Position numbers and translations under genes: made by a program
Assembly (NCBI GenBank): GCA_030295235.1
Contig: AP026137.1
Span: forward strand, 620,001 to 684,000
Direction: 5' to 3'
DNA: 64,000 bases
DNA from: Fistulifera solaris
Lineage: Eukaryota
Part shown: positions 37,101 through 47,700 of the stretch, piece after piece
Layout: the number at the start of each line of letters is the position of its first letter
Position numbering within the stretch: the stretch's first letter is position 1
Notes under the pieces: generated by a model
The model's database searches: none
Told to the model about the DNA's origin: nothing
What the model saw: only the letters and a program-made list of their open reading frames with translations

Positions 37101-37935
37101 AGAGCCGGGTGACTACTTGATACAGGCAGAAAATGAATGCAGTATGGCAGAATTTGCAATGGATAATGAATTCACCGATGAGTCAGAAGAGTCTGCAGTA
37201 GGTAGTGAAACGTCAGAAGATTCGACGTTCGAAAGGATGTTGAATGCCAGAGAAGCTCCTCCTGTGCTGTCTGATGAAGGGGGAGACAATGGATTGATCG
37301 AAAGCGGTGAAGAAGCTGATGACGACCAATCTGTTAACTGCTCGCCCACTGCTTCCCGGGAAAAACGAACTCGAATGGAAGAGCCACCCGACCAACTTAT
37401 GGATCCCCGAGATCTTGAAGAAGAGGATGATCAAGCTGAAATGATTAGTAGCGATAATGATGAGTCGGCCAAAAGCACTACGTCAGGAGAAGATCCGACC
37501 ATCGTCACCGATGATGATGGCAGCGAGGTAATAAAAACCGTTGATGATGGCAGCGAGGTAATAAAAACCGTTGATGCTGAAGAGTTTGCGGATGAAAGCG
37601 GATCGGCGGTCATCGATCTAGAGTCCGTCTCCGATCAAACATCGAGTGGAAACTTAGATCTGGGAGCTCCTGTGACAACACGTGCCGACGCGGCCGCCAT
37701 TACTCCGGGAAAATCCGATCACGACACGGATGACGCCACCATGAGCGTAGATGAGGAAAGTTATATGGAGGAGCCTACTTTTAAGTCGGAAGAAATGGAA
37801 ATCACTTTTACTAAGAGTGAGTCGGCGGACGAAGATTCTGTCGTTCCTGACAGCGAGGCCAGCTTTGAAGAGCATATGCGTCGCAGTTTACATCCTTTTC
37901 CGGAATCCCCACGGAGAATTGCCGTCGATCCCTAG
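34114..37935 (+). CDS. PhoD-like (alkaline phosphatase D fold) membrane protein with three C-terminal TM helices and a long acidic tail
   Basis: FN3-like region, then NFTFVTTGSA, PLFFLQLGNLHYGD, YMWNDRDY, RFIISDLRS, TQREWLKTEL. TM helices at ~35570-35820; D/E/S-rich tail of ~700 aa. Confidence 0.75.
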   Translation: MAGSPHDYDEDGNLKLPAYYGKSNLAMLFVFMLMAAMGTSMRLAKRDYNRSTEGNWILAGALTSQSVQFKVRLNGNYGQRFLVSKEPIEEYQEGSPSYLMDAPLESLFTQPDPSQDFLLYGLEPSRKYYYARVAPTFDLLHQGSVQTAPPDNVRSNFTFVTTGSAFTGSQNPVFEEMAKENPLFFLQLGNLHYGDVNGDLETRMKFLDQVMGSTTQQQLYTQAAFSYMWNDRDYLGDNTLGDEPGREAALESYKFAIPSHQPPEAPLYQAYTIGTVRFIISDLRSEVTADSIMSDTQREWLKTELSKAEDYDFVIWVTPSTWMGDVDLTQNDWTGRPADRVEFSKFISALPSQNILALSAGTEMFAFDDGSHTAQGNFSQGQTVMSFPLLMSGPVDRLGRVVDARYSEGCSTWLYERNHIYSVIDFRENEETFEPCLRVRSYRVTDVIGAKELLLEKEMCGTIFSPLNKDPESGSCQAERFSSNVELMATTAVGLLAANVVLVFFVGDGFIGGIIMMIMTLLGVIATSATMRYLPSFSYNVDQYEAFVVALILNVQLGLELLFLLCWAKFHHFIRTSVRKERDAAEPNAKKPNNWVEPDVESNYQSVQNTGTYDAEDDDEENDQFPEATNVYMIPTLANSPASSRSMKSMRSIGSLTLEKSKSVPSQLTERPSKPEGISESTTEGRSNLTGASNSFHKSKSVPSRMTDERLQPTETAAGMGSHSRSADQSSDFGDTHPSQPPQRSQPATYLPESNFYLRPASRNQTTAPRQEHSSSFTRRARPMEPTTTNYAQPFTKSRKKRDSSLLALAALIQENAMRTSDSPRGRDPEPCQDGAPRVPLGRGLTSPGDAMSDASFQSTFETEEESMRNDAVVDATFDPEADGLIQNESDDDLETSSDDDLPSVTTSDETFDKNFKAQSGVHLDPDEDGLSDDDASVESAASSVGSSSDQDNATTNSRLDPEESLMSPEAESESSGTESVSEEASTAMDTIKGRLEPGDYLIQAENECSMAEFAMDNEFTDESEESAVGSETSEDSTFERMLNAREAPPVLSDEGGDNGLIESGEEADDDQSVNCSPTASREKRTRMEEPPDQLMDPRDLEEEDDQAEMISSDNDESAKSTTSGEDPTIVTDDDGSEVIKTVDDGSEVIKTVDAEEFADESGSAVIDLESVSDQTSSGNLDLGAPVTTRADAAAITPGKSDHDTDDATMSVDEESYMEEPTFKSEEMEITFTKSESADEDSVVPDSEASFEEHMRRSLHPFPESPRRIAVDP
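37512..37576 (+). repeat. 30-bp in-frame tandem duplication (DDGSEVIKTV x2)
   Basis: tgatgatggcagcgaggtaataaaaaccgt repeated exactly twice plus a partial copy. Confidence 0.9.
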
Positions 37936-38570
37936 AGGAGTGAACACATTATTGTAATTACCGGTGCACAGGACCTCTTTGAAATTAGATTGTTGTTAGT
38001 TCTACACGGAGCGTTTGTAGGCTGAAGCTAGGATTTGGTGCCTCATTGCAGACACGGGACGACAACATTTGCCGTCGGACCAAGTCAAGAAAGAAACTTT
38101 GCTGGCCTCGACGTTTGATTGAATCACTTGCGTTAAAGTAAGCGGACTAGTTTCTAGCTAAAGAAAAACTAACATCTCTTGTTGGAAAAAGGTTGGTCAA
38201 GATGGATCCCTTGAAGAGGAAAAGCCCCGAAAACTAAACTTTGCTTGGGAAACAAGGTTTGTACATTAAACGCGGTGTCAGTGTCCCGGTGCGCTATCTA
38301 ATGTCTTTCACTATCTGTTATTATGTAGGGGGTGCCGCGTTTCGAAACCGCTCCTTTAGTTCGAGAGAGAACGGCAACGAACACGAAACACGTTTTGCAG
38401 CTTAGCGGTACTCAAGAGTGTACTGCTTTACTGTAGAAAATCGGAGATGCGCGTTGGGATCTTCCCATCCAAACACAAAAACATCGACGACATCCATCAA
38501 CCTCGACAGGAAGCACCCAGAAAAGTATCAAACGGGGATCATCATTATTCTTTCAACTCAACACTCCAAG

Positions 38571-40954
38571 ATGACTATAATGCATCTCGTTCGTCCCACG
38601 GCGTTCTGGCTGTGGGCATTGTGGATGCTGTTCGTCGTTCCCATTGATGACTGCGACGCGAAAGCCGTTGCTACCGAAATGAACGTCGATGGAGCTTCTT
38701 CTCTTCCCGAGGAGTCGCACAAGAAGCACAAAGACGATGAGAAAGAAGCAGAAGATGATCCCGGTATTCCCTTTCTTCATTTCCTCGCACACGATACTAC
38801 CATGACATGTACGGCAGACGAACACGCCCGTCCGTTCAACAATCAGATTCGTGGTGTCAATTTAGGAGGATGGATGGTCCTCGAACCATGGATTACCCCC
38901 AGTATCTTTTACCAATTTCTCAATGGTGGAGAAAATACCACCGCCTTTGACATGTACACCTTCTGTCAAGTTCTCGGTCCCGACAAAGCCAACGAACAAT
39001 TGCGTCGTCACTGGGATCGGTGGGTCACCAAAGATATCGTTCGGCAGTTGGCCGAGTCGGAAGCTGTCAATAGTTTGCGATTGCCGTTGGGCGACTTCCA
39101 ATTTGTTCCGTACGGTCCGTATGCCACGGGCTGTGTCGATGGAGGCTTGGAATATGTCGATCAGTTGTTGGATTGGGCTTACGAATATGGATTGACGGTG
39201 TTGTTGGACATTCATACTATGAAAGACTCACAAAATGGTTTTGATAACTCGGGACAAGCCATGGGTTTTGCTTGGACGTCGTCGCTCAACTCGGAATTCG
39301 GAGGATTGACGACGTTTCAACATTGGCCCATCCGTACGGCCAACTGGATCGGGACCTTCAATCCACAAACAGCACAGTATGATAATATCAACCAGGGGAA
39401 TATTCAGCACGCGCTGGATGTTATTCAAGCGGTAGTCGATCGGTATGCAGGTCATCCGGCAGTGTTGGGTCTGGAACCACTCAATGAACCATGGCAGTAT
39501 ACGCCGATCGATGTACTCAAACGATTTTACTGGGATGGATATTTGATCGTCAAGAAAACGGCACCCTACTGGAAGTACATTATGCATGATTCATTTCGGT
39601 TGGATACGTCTGTATGGGGAGGATTTATGGACGGCTGCCCGGAACGTGCGTTGGATACCCACATCTATCAGGCATGGCGTGATCCAGATTCACGTGTCGG
39701 ATTTTATTCCGATGCTTGTGCGCAAAAGGCGCGCCTGGCGGATATGGAACAAGCTTTTGGCCCTGTTATTGTGGGGGGAATGGAGTTTGGCGACGGACAA
39801 TTGTGGTGAGTGATTCTTGTTTCGTCGTCAATTCGTGTAGGGGTTTCTCTGTTCATTAGATCATCGCCTTATTATTATTTCGTCTCGGTCTATAAGAATG
39901 TACTCACACACTGCCTCTTCGCAAACTTTCTGTTTATATTGTAGCCATGTGGTTGAATGGATTCAACGATAACTTGCCTGGTTTCCCGCGTCTACCCTGT
40001 AAATATGAACCCTGTCGCACATCTTATTTGGCACCGGAGCAACCCGGTACACCGCTAGATAACTCCAAACCGTTGCAAGGTCCTTTTGGAACAGGATTGT
40101 CTGGCCCTATCTTTGGTTTGTGTCCCAATACACGTGACTGGTTGAAGGAATCCAGCGGAGACCCCTTTACGGGTCGAGATTGGATCACAGCACCCCCGAA
40201 AGCGCCGAAACAGTTGGACGACACGGATGATGTGATGCGCAATCTTGCTTTGAAAAAGTTGGACGCCTTTAGTGGCATCGGTCATGGCTTCTTCTTTTGG
40301 AATTTTCGAACGGATCTTTATGAGCCACAGTGGTCTTATATGGAAGCCCTGGACCGTGGATGGATTCCTCGGGGTAATTTGAAGGATGAGAAAGTCAACA
40401 CAGCCTGTTCTCGAGAAGAGAGTTCCGTATACTACAAATGCGTACTGAAACGAGGTCAAGTTGATAAAGCTGTCAGAAGCGCTTTGGCGTACGCCTTGAA
40501 CGTTGAAAACAAAACAAACTTACCAGAAAGTCAGGAGATGCTCAACTTGACGGGTCAAGCTTTGCACGAGGCCGCCGAACAATTTTTGGGAGATTTCTTC
40601 GATGATAATCGACACAATGGTGCGACCTGCGATTTCGGTGGCGTTGCCATGCTGATCCGCCGAAACGAGACATTGTCGGATCGATCTAGTTCGGCCTATT
40701 ACTACAACGATGATGAGTACTTTCAGGTTGTACAGGGAGGTCCTTCTCTGTGGATTTTAGTTGTTGCAGGGATGGCAACCGCATTGGTTGGCGCTCTTAT
40801 GGGATTTGTGGGAGCGATGAGATCCAATCAAGGATTCAACCGTCGTGTTCGAGAATCGCGAATCTTCCGCCCGCTTACTCAATCTTCCAACAATTTGATC
40901 CGAAGTTCCTTAGCGTTGCCTGATTTGCAGTACGAGGAGATCCTGAAGGTTTAA
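38571..40954 (+). CDS. GH5 exo-1,3-beta-glucanase with X8-like module and C-terminal TM; frameshift at G6 ~39773-39778; intron 39806-39944
   Basis: Signal peptide; IRGVNLGGWMVLEPWITPS, acid/base LNEP, DTHIYQ, nucleophile VGEWSLATDNCAMWLNG, FFWNFRT; GATCDFGGVAML (X8-like); C-terminal TM. Confidence 0.92.
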
Positions 40955-41054
40955 GGAGTTGCGATTGCTCTTGCCTCCTGAGCTCTACCTGATATTGACA
41001 TCATTCCATATCAAGTAAGATACAAAGTGATTTATTTACATTGTTGTATTTTGT

Positions 41055-43490
41055 CTACTTGTCTGCTTTTCCGTCGAGTACCGCGCTTTGTACGTTATAC
41101 GTCTGCCAAAGCTCTATGAAATCGTCCGCGCTCATTACTTTCACCCCAAGGCTTTCCGCTTGCTCTAATTTCTTCCCGCCCTTGTCGCCCGCTACAACTA
41201 AGTCGGTTGATTTACTGACACTTCCTGGTGTCGATTTGGCCCCCAACGATTTCGCCATCTCTTGTGCCTTAGTTCGCGACATGTCTGGCATTGATCCTGT
41301 AAAAACAACGCTCCAGCCTGCGAATGGTAGATCCGCAAAGTTACCCGACACAGGCTGCGTGGAAACCGTACTCGAGACATCGTGGACTTTAACTGATTTC
41401 GCGAGTGCACGAGCTGCCCTAACCAACTCTTCTTCCTGGCCGAAACTAATCAGAGCATTTATTACCGCAGGACCAATCCCTTTCGTTGCTTCGTTATCTT
41501 CGAAAAGTACTGTAAGGCAGTCATTCTCATTCGAATTGCCAACTTTTTCAATATCATCGAGAAAAGAATCGACTTTACCGTATAAACCCGCCAGCAACGT
41601 GGACGAATGAACTCCAACAAACCTGATGTTCAAAGAGTAAATAAACCGAGATAAATCAACACCCTCATTGGCAATTTTGTTAGCTGTGGTCACTAAATTC
41701 TGAGCTGATTTCGGACCCCATGACTTCAATGCGGCTACTGTTTCTGTAAAATGTTCGGGCCGAGCAAAGAGATCACTTGGAACTTTCAAAAGACCGGCTT
41801 CCATAAGCTGTTCTATTCGATTTTGCGACAAACCTGTCACGTCAAGAGCGTCCCGAGAAAATGCGTGACTCAAAGCCATCACAGCTCGAGGAGGGCATAG
41901 CAGTGCCGGTCCACCACATCGGAGAACGAAGCCTCGGTCGTAGTTACCAGTCCACTCCCGCTCCGCCACTACTATAGAACCACATGCAGGGCAGCTTGTT
42001 GGTGCCTCCAACGATATAGTGCCTTGTTCATGATTATTCACTTCGCCAACAATCCCTACAACCTGTGGAATCACTTCTCCAGCCCTCCGCACCATGACGC
42101 TGGTTTCCCTGGGTATCGATTTACCGCCCAATGTCTGCTGAAGATGGCGGAAATTGTGCAGCGTAGCACGCTGTACCGATACTCCATTCAAATCAATCGG
42201 TTCCAGTATAGCAACTGGCGTAAGCGACCCGGTTCGTCCAACTTGCACGGTCACATCCAATAACTTTGTGACTCCAACACGTGAAGGGAACTTGTGTGCC
42301 ACAGCCCATCGCGGTGCACGATTCGAGTTTCCGAGAACAGCACGAAACAAGGCTTCATCGACTTTGTGAACACACCCATCCATCTCGTAATCGCCCCATT
42401 GCCACGTCGAAGAAGCATTCTCAGAACCTTCGCGATGTTTCATCAAAGACTGATGATAACCCAGTAAATTTGTGATGTCAGTTTCATTCCATTGCGTCTG
42501 ATCATCTAAAATTGACAGTGTCGTCGAAATCGTTGGTTGCGGTGTACAAAAGCCCAAATTCAAGAGTACTTTTAGCGCTTCTTGACCGTCCAACTTGCGC
42601 TCACTACCAAGATCCAGGTCGTAGGCGTAAAACGATAGCTTGGTGGCCCAATTTTCATCCTCTTGCTCACCGGATGTTTCCTTGCGCAGCAATATACCCG
42701 ATGCCGCATTGCGCGCGTTCGAAAAGTTGGCGCGAATTCCTTCCTTCTCAAACACCGATTGCGGCAACACGACTTCTCCTTTGATTTCAATGGCATCGCC
42801 GGACAGCGGTAACGAAGCGGCGTCCAAAATCTGCGGAATCGCGGGACAGCGGCGCACCGCATGGGTGACATCAATGCCTTGCTTGCCGTCTCCGCGCGTC
42901 GCGGCCCATTGCAGTTCCCATTGAGTGGACTGTCGTGTGTAACGCAGATTTAGTGACAAGCCATCGATTTTGGGTTCCGTCGTAATAGTCACTGTATCGA
43001 CTTGGCTGTTCACTAGCTTTTTGCGGATTCGTTCGAACCACGCCAGCAATTGGGTTGTATTATGGACATTTTCGAGTGAAAGCATCGCTTGTCGATGCTT
43101 TTGTTTGACTCGGGCAGTTGTCAAAGGCGTGGTACCGACTCGTCCCGCTCGCGTGGTTTGTGCGCCCAGGTTAACCTCCTTTTGTAACTTTAGAAGTAAA
43201 TGAGGATATTCTTGTGACAACGCTTCTTCGCGACGTACGAGCGCATCGTATTCGTCGTCGCTGATTGATGGGTTCTGCGGATTGTTGTAATATCGTTCTT
43301 CTTGTTTTCGAATTTCATTGCTCAGCCACAAGAATTCCTGGTAAATTGCATCGCTGGTTGTGGAAAACAATCGGCTGGTCGGCGGCATTCTGTGGCGATG
43401 ATGCACCATCTGAAATGCGCCCGCCAGGAATCGCTTCTTCGTCGCGGACAACATGATGAATGCCAACGAACACAACCACCAGACGTGCAT
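41055..43490 (-). CDS. ligA: NAD+-dependent DNA ligase (bacterial LigA type) with predicted organelle-targeting presequence
   Basis: YY...ISDDEYD, MLSLEN, EPKIDGLS (adenylated Lys), ATRGDG, EIKGEV, NARNAASG, PRWAVAHKF, QVGRTG, RATLHN, RAGEVIP, Cys4 finger, HhH and BRCT (VVFTGSM...SVSKSTDLVVAG). Intronless. Confidence 0.97.
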   Translation of the reverse strand: MHVWWLCSLAFIMLSATKKRFLAGAFQMVHHRHRMPPTSRLFSTTSDAIYQEFLWLSNEIRKQEERYYNNPQNPSISDDEYDALVRREEALSQEYPHLLLKLQKEVNLGAQTTRAGRVGTTPLTTARVKQKHRQAMLSLENVHNTTQLLAWFERIRKKLVNSQVDTVTITTEPKIDGLSLNLRYTRQSTQWELQWAATRGDGKQGIDVTHAVRRCPAIPQILDAASLPLSGDAIEIKGEVVLPQSVFEKEGIRANFSNARNAASGILLRKETSGEQEDENWATKLSFYAYDLDLGSERKLDGQEALKVLLNLGFCTPQPTISTTLSILDDQTQWNETDITNLLGYHQSLMKHREGSENASSTWQWGDYEMDGCVHKVDEALFRAVLGNSNRAPRWAVAHKFPSRVGVTKLLDVTVQVGRTGSLTPVAILEPIDLNGVSVQRATLHNFRHLQQTLGGKSIPRETSVMVRRAGEVIPQVVGIVGEVNNHEQGTISLEAPTSCPACGSIVVAEREWTGNYDRGFVLRCGGPALLCPPRAVMALSHAFSRDALDVTGLSQNRIEQLMEAGLLKVPSDLFARPEHFTETVAALKSWGPKSAQNLVTTANKIANEGVDLSRFIYSLNIRFVGVHSSTLLAGLYGKVDSFLDDIEKVGNSNENDCLTVLFEDNEATKGIGPAVINALISFGQEEELVRAARALAKSVKVHDVSSTVSTQPVSGNFADLPFAGWSVVFTGSMPDMSRTKAQEMAKSLGAKSTPGSVSKSTDLVVAGDKGGKKLEQAESLGVKVMSADDFIELWQTYNVQSAVLDGKADK

Positions 43491-44778
43491 TCTCAATACT
43501 CTGTAATCATGAGTTCTTTATTTAGTTACTTTTGTTGTCAAAGGAAATAGTTTCAATGACATTCAACACACAGTGCGAGCTGCGCTGCGAGCCGCCTTGT
43601 TGTCGTTTCCCTCCAATCGCACTATATCGTAAAGTGTAGGCATATTTCCGAGACTCATTCTCAATTCAGTCACGAACCAGATTGTGACCATTCAGAGTTG
43701 AAATGGCCACGCTGCGATTGTCGATTTGATAAGATAATGCGCTCACATAATTTTAATGTGTCGATTTTGTTACTCTTACTAGTAATATTCTGAGATTTGT
43801 TCACGTTAGCCCTCGTTTTTGGTTTTCCCTACTTCCATTGTCATCCACTTCTCGTCATCACTTCTCAAAGCCGTGCAGCGCCAATACGAGTTCACAAATT
43901 TTCTTGCTGCTGATTCATGTGTAACAAAAGGGAAACTGTTATGTGTGAGGTGAGACAAAATGGCTCCGAGAAAAAACTCTAGTCCATAGTAAATACGGAA
44001 GTCTACGATTCTTCACAGCCTTTTTCTTCGTGAAAAATCAGGCGTGTAAATAAAACACTGCTAATGACATTTTCATTGCAGCAACAACAAATAGAGCTCA
44101 AGAAATTTGCGGAACGAACGAATTGTAGACTAGGCAGCATTGTCGGACGAAACAATATCGATTAATGACTGAATTGCAGTCGTGGATATATGATCGTACA
44201 CTATAGGCCATAGTAAAATAGACGTTCTTATTTGGAGTCAGACGGAAATTCTGAAATGCTGTTTTTTCGTAATTATCGACGATTTCTTTGAAATCTTGTT
44301 GAATGACGGAGTATCTAACTTAGCGTGACTGCTAAAGTTGTTTCATTATTTTCGTCCTCCGCACTCCGCAGTGGTTTCTCCTCGTCGACTACGTAATGGA
44401 TTGCGTTACGGTTTACGGTTCTGTCATAGGGATAGGATATAAGTATACGCTAAACTCTCAATTACTCCATACACCGGAGTATTATTTTATTTTTATTTAC
44501 GTAGTTTTACGTCAGCACGGACCTCCTATTCGCTTGAATGACGTTAGACCACGTAAGCTGTCGTGACGTGCGGACTTCAATCCGGGATCCCGACACTAGC
44601 CCAAACTGTAGATTACTTTTTTGTCATGACGCAACGGGATACAGTTCATTCGCTTCATTCGTTCCTCCACACGAAAAATGGCGAACCGGTGAAAAATCGG
44701 CCCACGTAGATCATCATTGGTTCAGCGGTGCATTGAAAAGGACACAGCAAGCCAAAAGCGCACCTTTCCCTTACAATC

Positions 44779-47700
44779 ATGGGTCGCAAAAGAAGAACAA
44801 GTCACCGTTGAAGTCGCCTACGGCGGCTACCGCGGCAGCAACACCGGTCGCAGCCGAAGCCGTGGATATCGTAAGTGCGCGCTATCGCTGCCTCATTCGT
44901 TTGACGTGTCGATAGCTGCTGACCCTTTACTTTCAACAGATTACGGGCAAAGCCACGCTAGAGTATTATTTCGATCCTTCTTTGATACTTAAGGAGAATC
45001 AGGGAAGCATTGGTAGACAGCCACTGAAAAATGGAGCGGGTAGTTCTACGAAAACCCCGGATCTTTCATCAAAGTATTTATTCGTTCCTTGCACAATTAT
45101 TAAACCGCTCGACGAAGAAAACAGTCAAAAAGCACCGGAAAGGTCGATGGACAACCTTTCCCTGGTCCGACGCTCGTCAAGACGATTGACGGTGTTTTGC
45201 ACAAAATATCGGATAGCACGAAACTCATTCCAGTGACGGCGCCGGATGATCATGAAGGAGTTCATGATGTCTTGAACCTTCCACAGATTAGCGAAGCGAG
45301 TTTGCTGCATACACTCCGCATCCGATATGCCCGCAATGACATTTACACTTCCGCGGGTCCTATTCTTATTTCGATTAATCCCTACGTGACGGTCAAACAA
45401 AGCGACGGGCAGTCGATCTATTGTGAGGAACGCATGCTCTTATATCGCAATCGAACGGATTATACGACGGGATCCAAGACACCTCATTTGTTTTTAGTAG
45501 CCGATCGAGCCTACAAGGCGCTCATGGACTCGGTGCATTCGAGTAGCGAGATGGACCATTTGGAAGATGAAGATGCGGTCATGATGCTCGAATACCACAA
45601 ACCGCCGGGAACCGTTCGCAACCAGAGCATCATTATCAGTGGAGAGAGTGGTGCTGGAAAGACGGAAGCGACGAAAATTATCATGGCGTATTTGGCGCGG
45701 ATTACGAAACGCGACAGTAAGGCCAGTTTCAATTTAGACGGAACCATGATTGCTACTCTGGAAGATCGTGTGCTGTCGTCGAATCCGTTGTTGGAGACGT
45801 TCGGGAATGCACAAACGTTGCGGAATGACAACTCGTCTCGTTTTGGAAAGTACATTCACATTTACTTCAGTACAGTCACGGGAGCCATTACGGGTGCGTC
45901 CATTTCCAATTACCTTCTGGAGAAAACTCGAATTACTTCGCAAGTAGACGGTGAACGCAACTATCATGTCTTTTATCAACTGCTAGCCAGTGCTGACCAA
46001 GAAATGTTCCATGAATTCGGGTTGCAAGGGGGTTCATCGTCTTTCAATTATCTTGGACATCGCATCACTGATAACGACATTGCGGATCAAGAAGGGTTCA
46101 AACAGACAATGGCTTGCCTTGCGGAGATTGGTGTTAGTGCAGATGACCAAAAGGCTCTTTTTAAGACAGTTGCCGGTGTTCTTCATCTCGGAAACATCAA
46201 ATTTGAAGAGCACGACGATCCGAGCGAAAGTTTCACCGAAAGCATTGGAAAGTGTCGAGTTTCGGACAAGTCACGACCAAGTCTACGCACGGCTTGCGAG
46301 CTACTCGGCCTGAACGAGGCAAAGCTGGAAGATGCTATTTTGACGAAAGTGATTGTGATCAATGGAAAGTCTATCAAAAAGGCCCAAACTGTTCCAATGG
46401 CCGAGGATAAACGCGACGCGCTTGCCAAAATGACGTACTCTTGCCTCTTTTTGTGGCTCGTTCATCACATCAATTTGTCGCTGAATCAAGCGTCTGAACA
46501 GACTAAGTCACTACAGAAAGATCAGATTGGTTGTATTGGTGTCTTGGATATTTATGGCTTCGAGACCTTTGACGTTAACGGCTATGAGCAGTTACTCATC
46601 AACTATTGCAATGAAAAACTTCAAAGCCACTTTAATCGCCATCTGTTCGAGGTTGAGCAGAAGCTTTATTCTGACGAAGGTGTCGATTGGTCCTACATTA
46701 CGTTCAATGATAATAGTCCCTGTCTTGAACTAATCGAAGGTGGAAATGGAATCGTTGGGATTTTGAATACTCTTGACGACGCTTGGGGTGGAATGGGAAC
46801 AGCGGCTGAAAAAGATTCCAAGTTTGCCGCTCATCTCCACAGACTCTTCGGCAAGAGCTCTGAACTTGACACAAGCAAGGAAGGCGATAGCCGTCGAAGT
46901 CACTACAAACATTTCATCACCCCGAAGATTGGACTGGATAAGAATTTCATCATCAAGCACTATGCCGGAGAAGTAAGTCCGGGGAGCCTTTTACTCTTTG
47001 CCTTTCCGCATTGATTGTTTGACTCACGTGCTTCGGTTGCCAGGTTTGTTATAATGTTGATGGCTTTGTTGAGAAGAATATGGAGACACTGAGCAAGGAA
47101 CTCAAGGATCTAGGAGATAGCTCATCGAGCCCATTTTTAAAAGCGGTGTACTCTGCTGCTGGTGTTGAAGTGCAATGCTCGACGGCGCAGCGTTCTTCGA
47201 TTCGCGGATCCAGTGTAAGCTGGCAGTTTCGAACGTCTCTTCAGACACTCGTATCAGACCTTGAAAGAACACAGCCTCACTATATACGGTGTATTAAGCC
47301 AAACAATTCTAAGTTGCCTGGAGCTTTTGCATCTGCTGACATTCTGAAGCAATTGAGATATTCAGGAATGATGGAAGCAATTCGAATTCGTCGAGAAGGT
47401 TACGCTCTCAGGGAAGAACATGAAACCTTTTACAAGAGATTCAGTCTTCTCCTCGGATACGACAAAATCAGAAAGGGTGAAGGGGGGATAGTCGAGCTTG
47501 TCAGAGTGTTATCCAGTCTTCTCTGCGTTACAGATGCAGACTGGCAAATCGGTCACTCGAAGATATTTGTGCGAAGAGTCCTCGCTGACAAGTTAGAGCG
47601 GCTTGCGAAGTTGAGGGTCCATGTAGCGAGCAGGATCTTAGGGCGGTTCGGCAGACGAGTGGCAAAACGCCGCACTTCTCAACGAATCGCTACCTGGATC

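Noticed and set aside
41055..43490. Bacterial contamination or prophage around ligA
   Set aside because: It has a eukaryotic targeting extension, its neighbours have spliceosomal introns, and there is no operon context.
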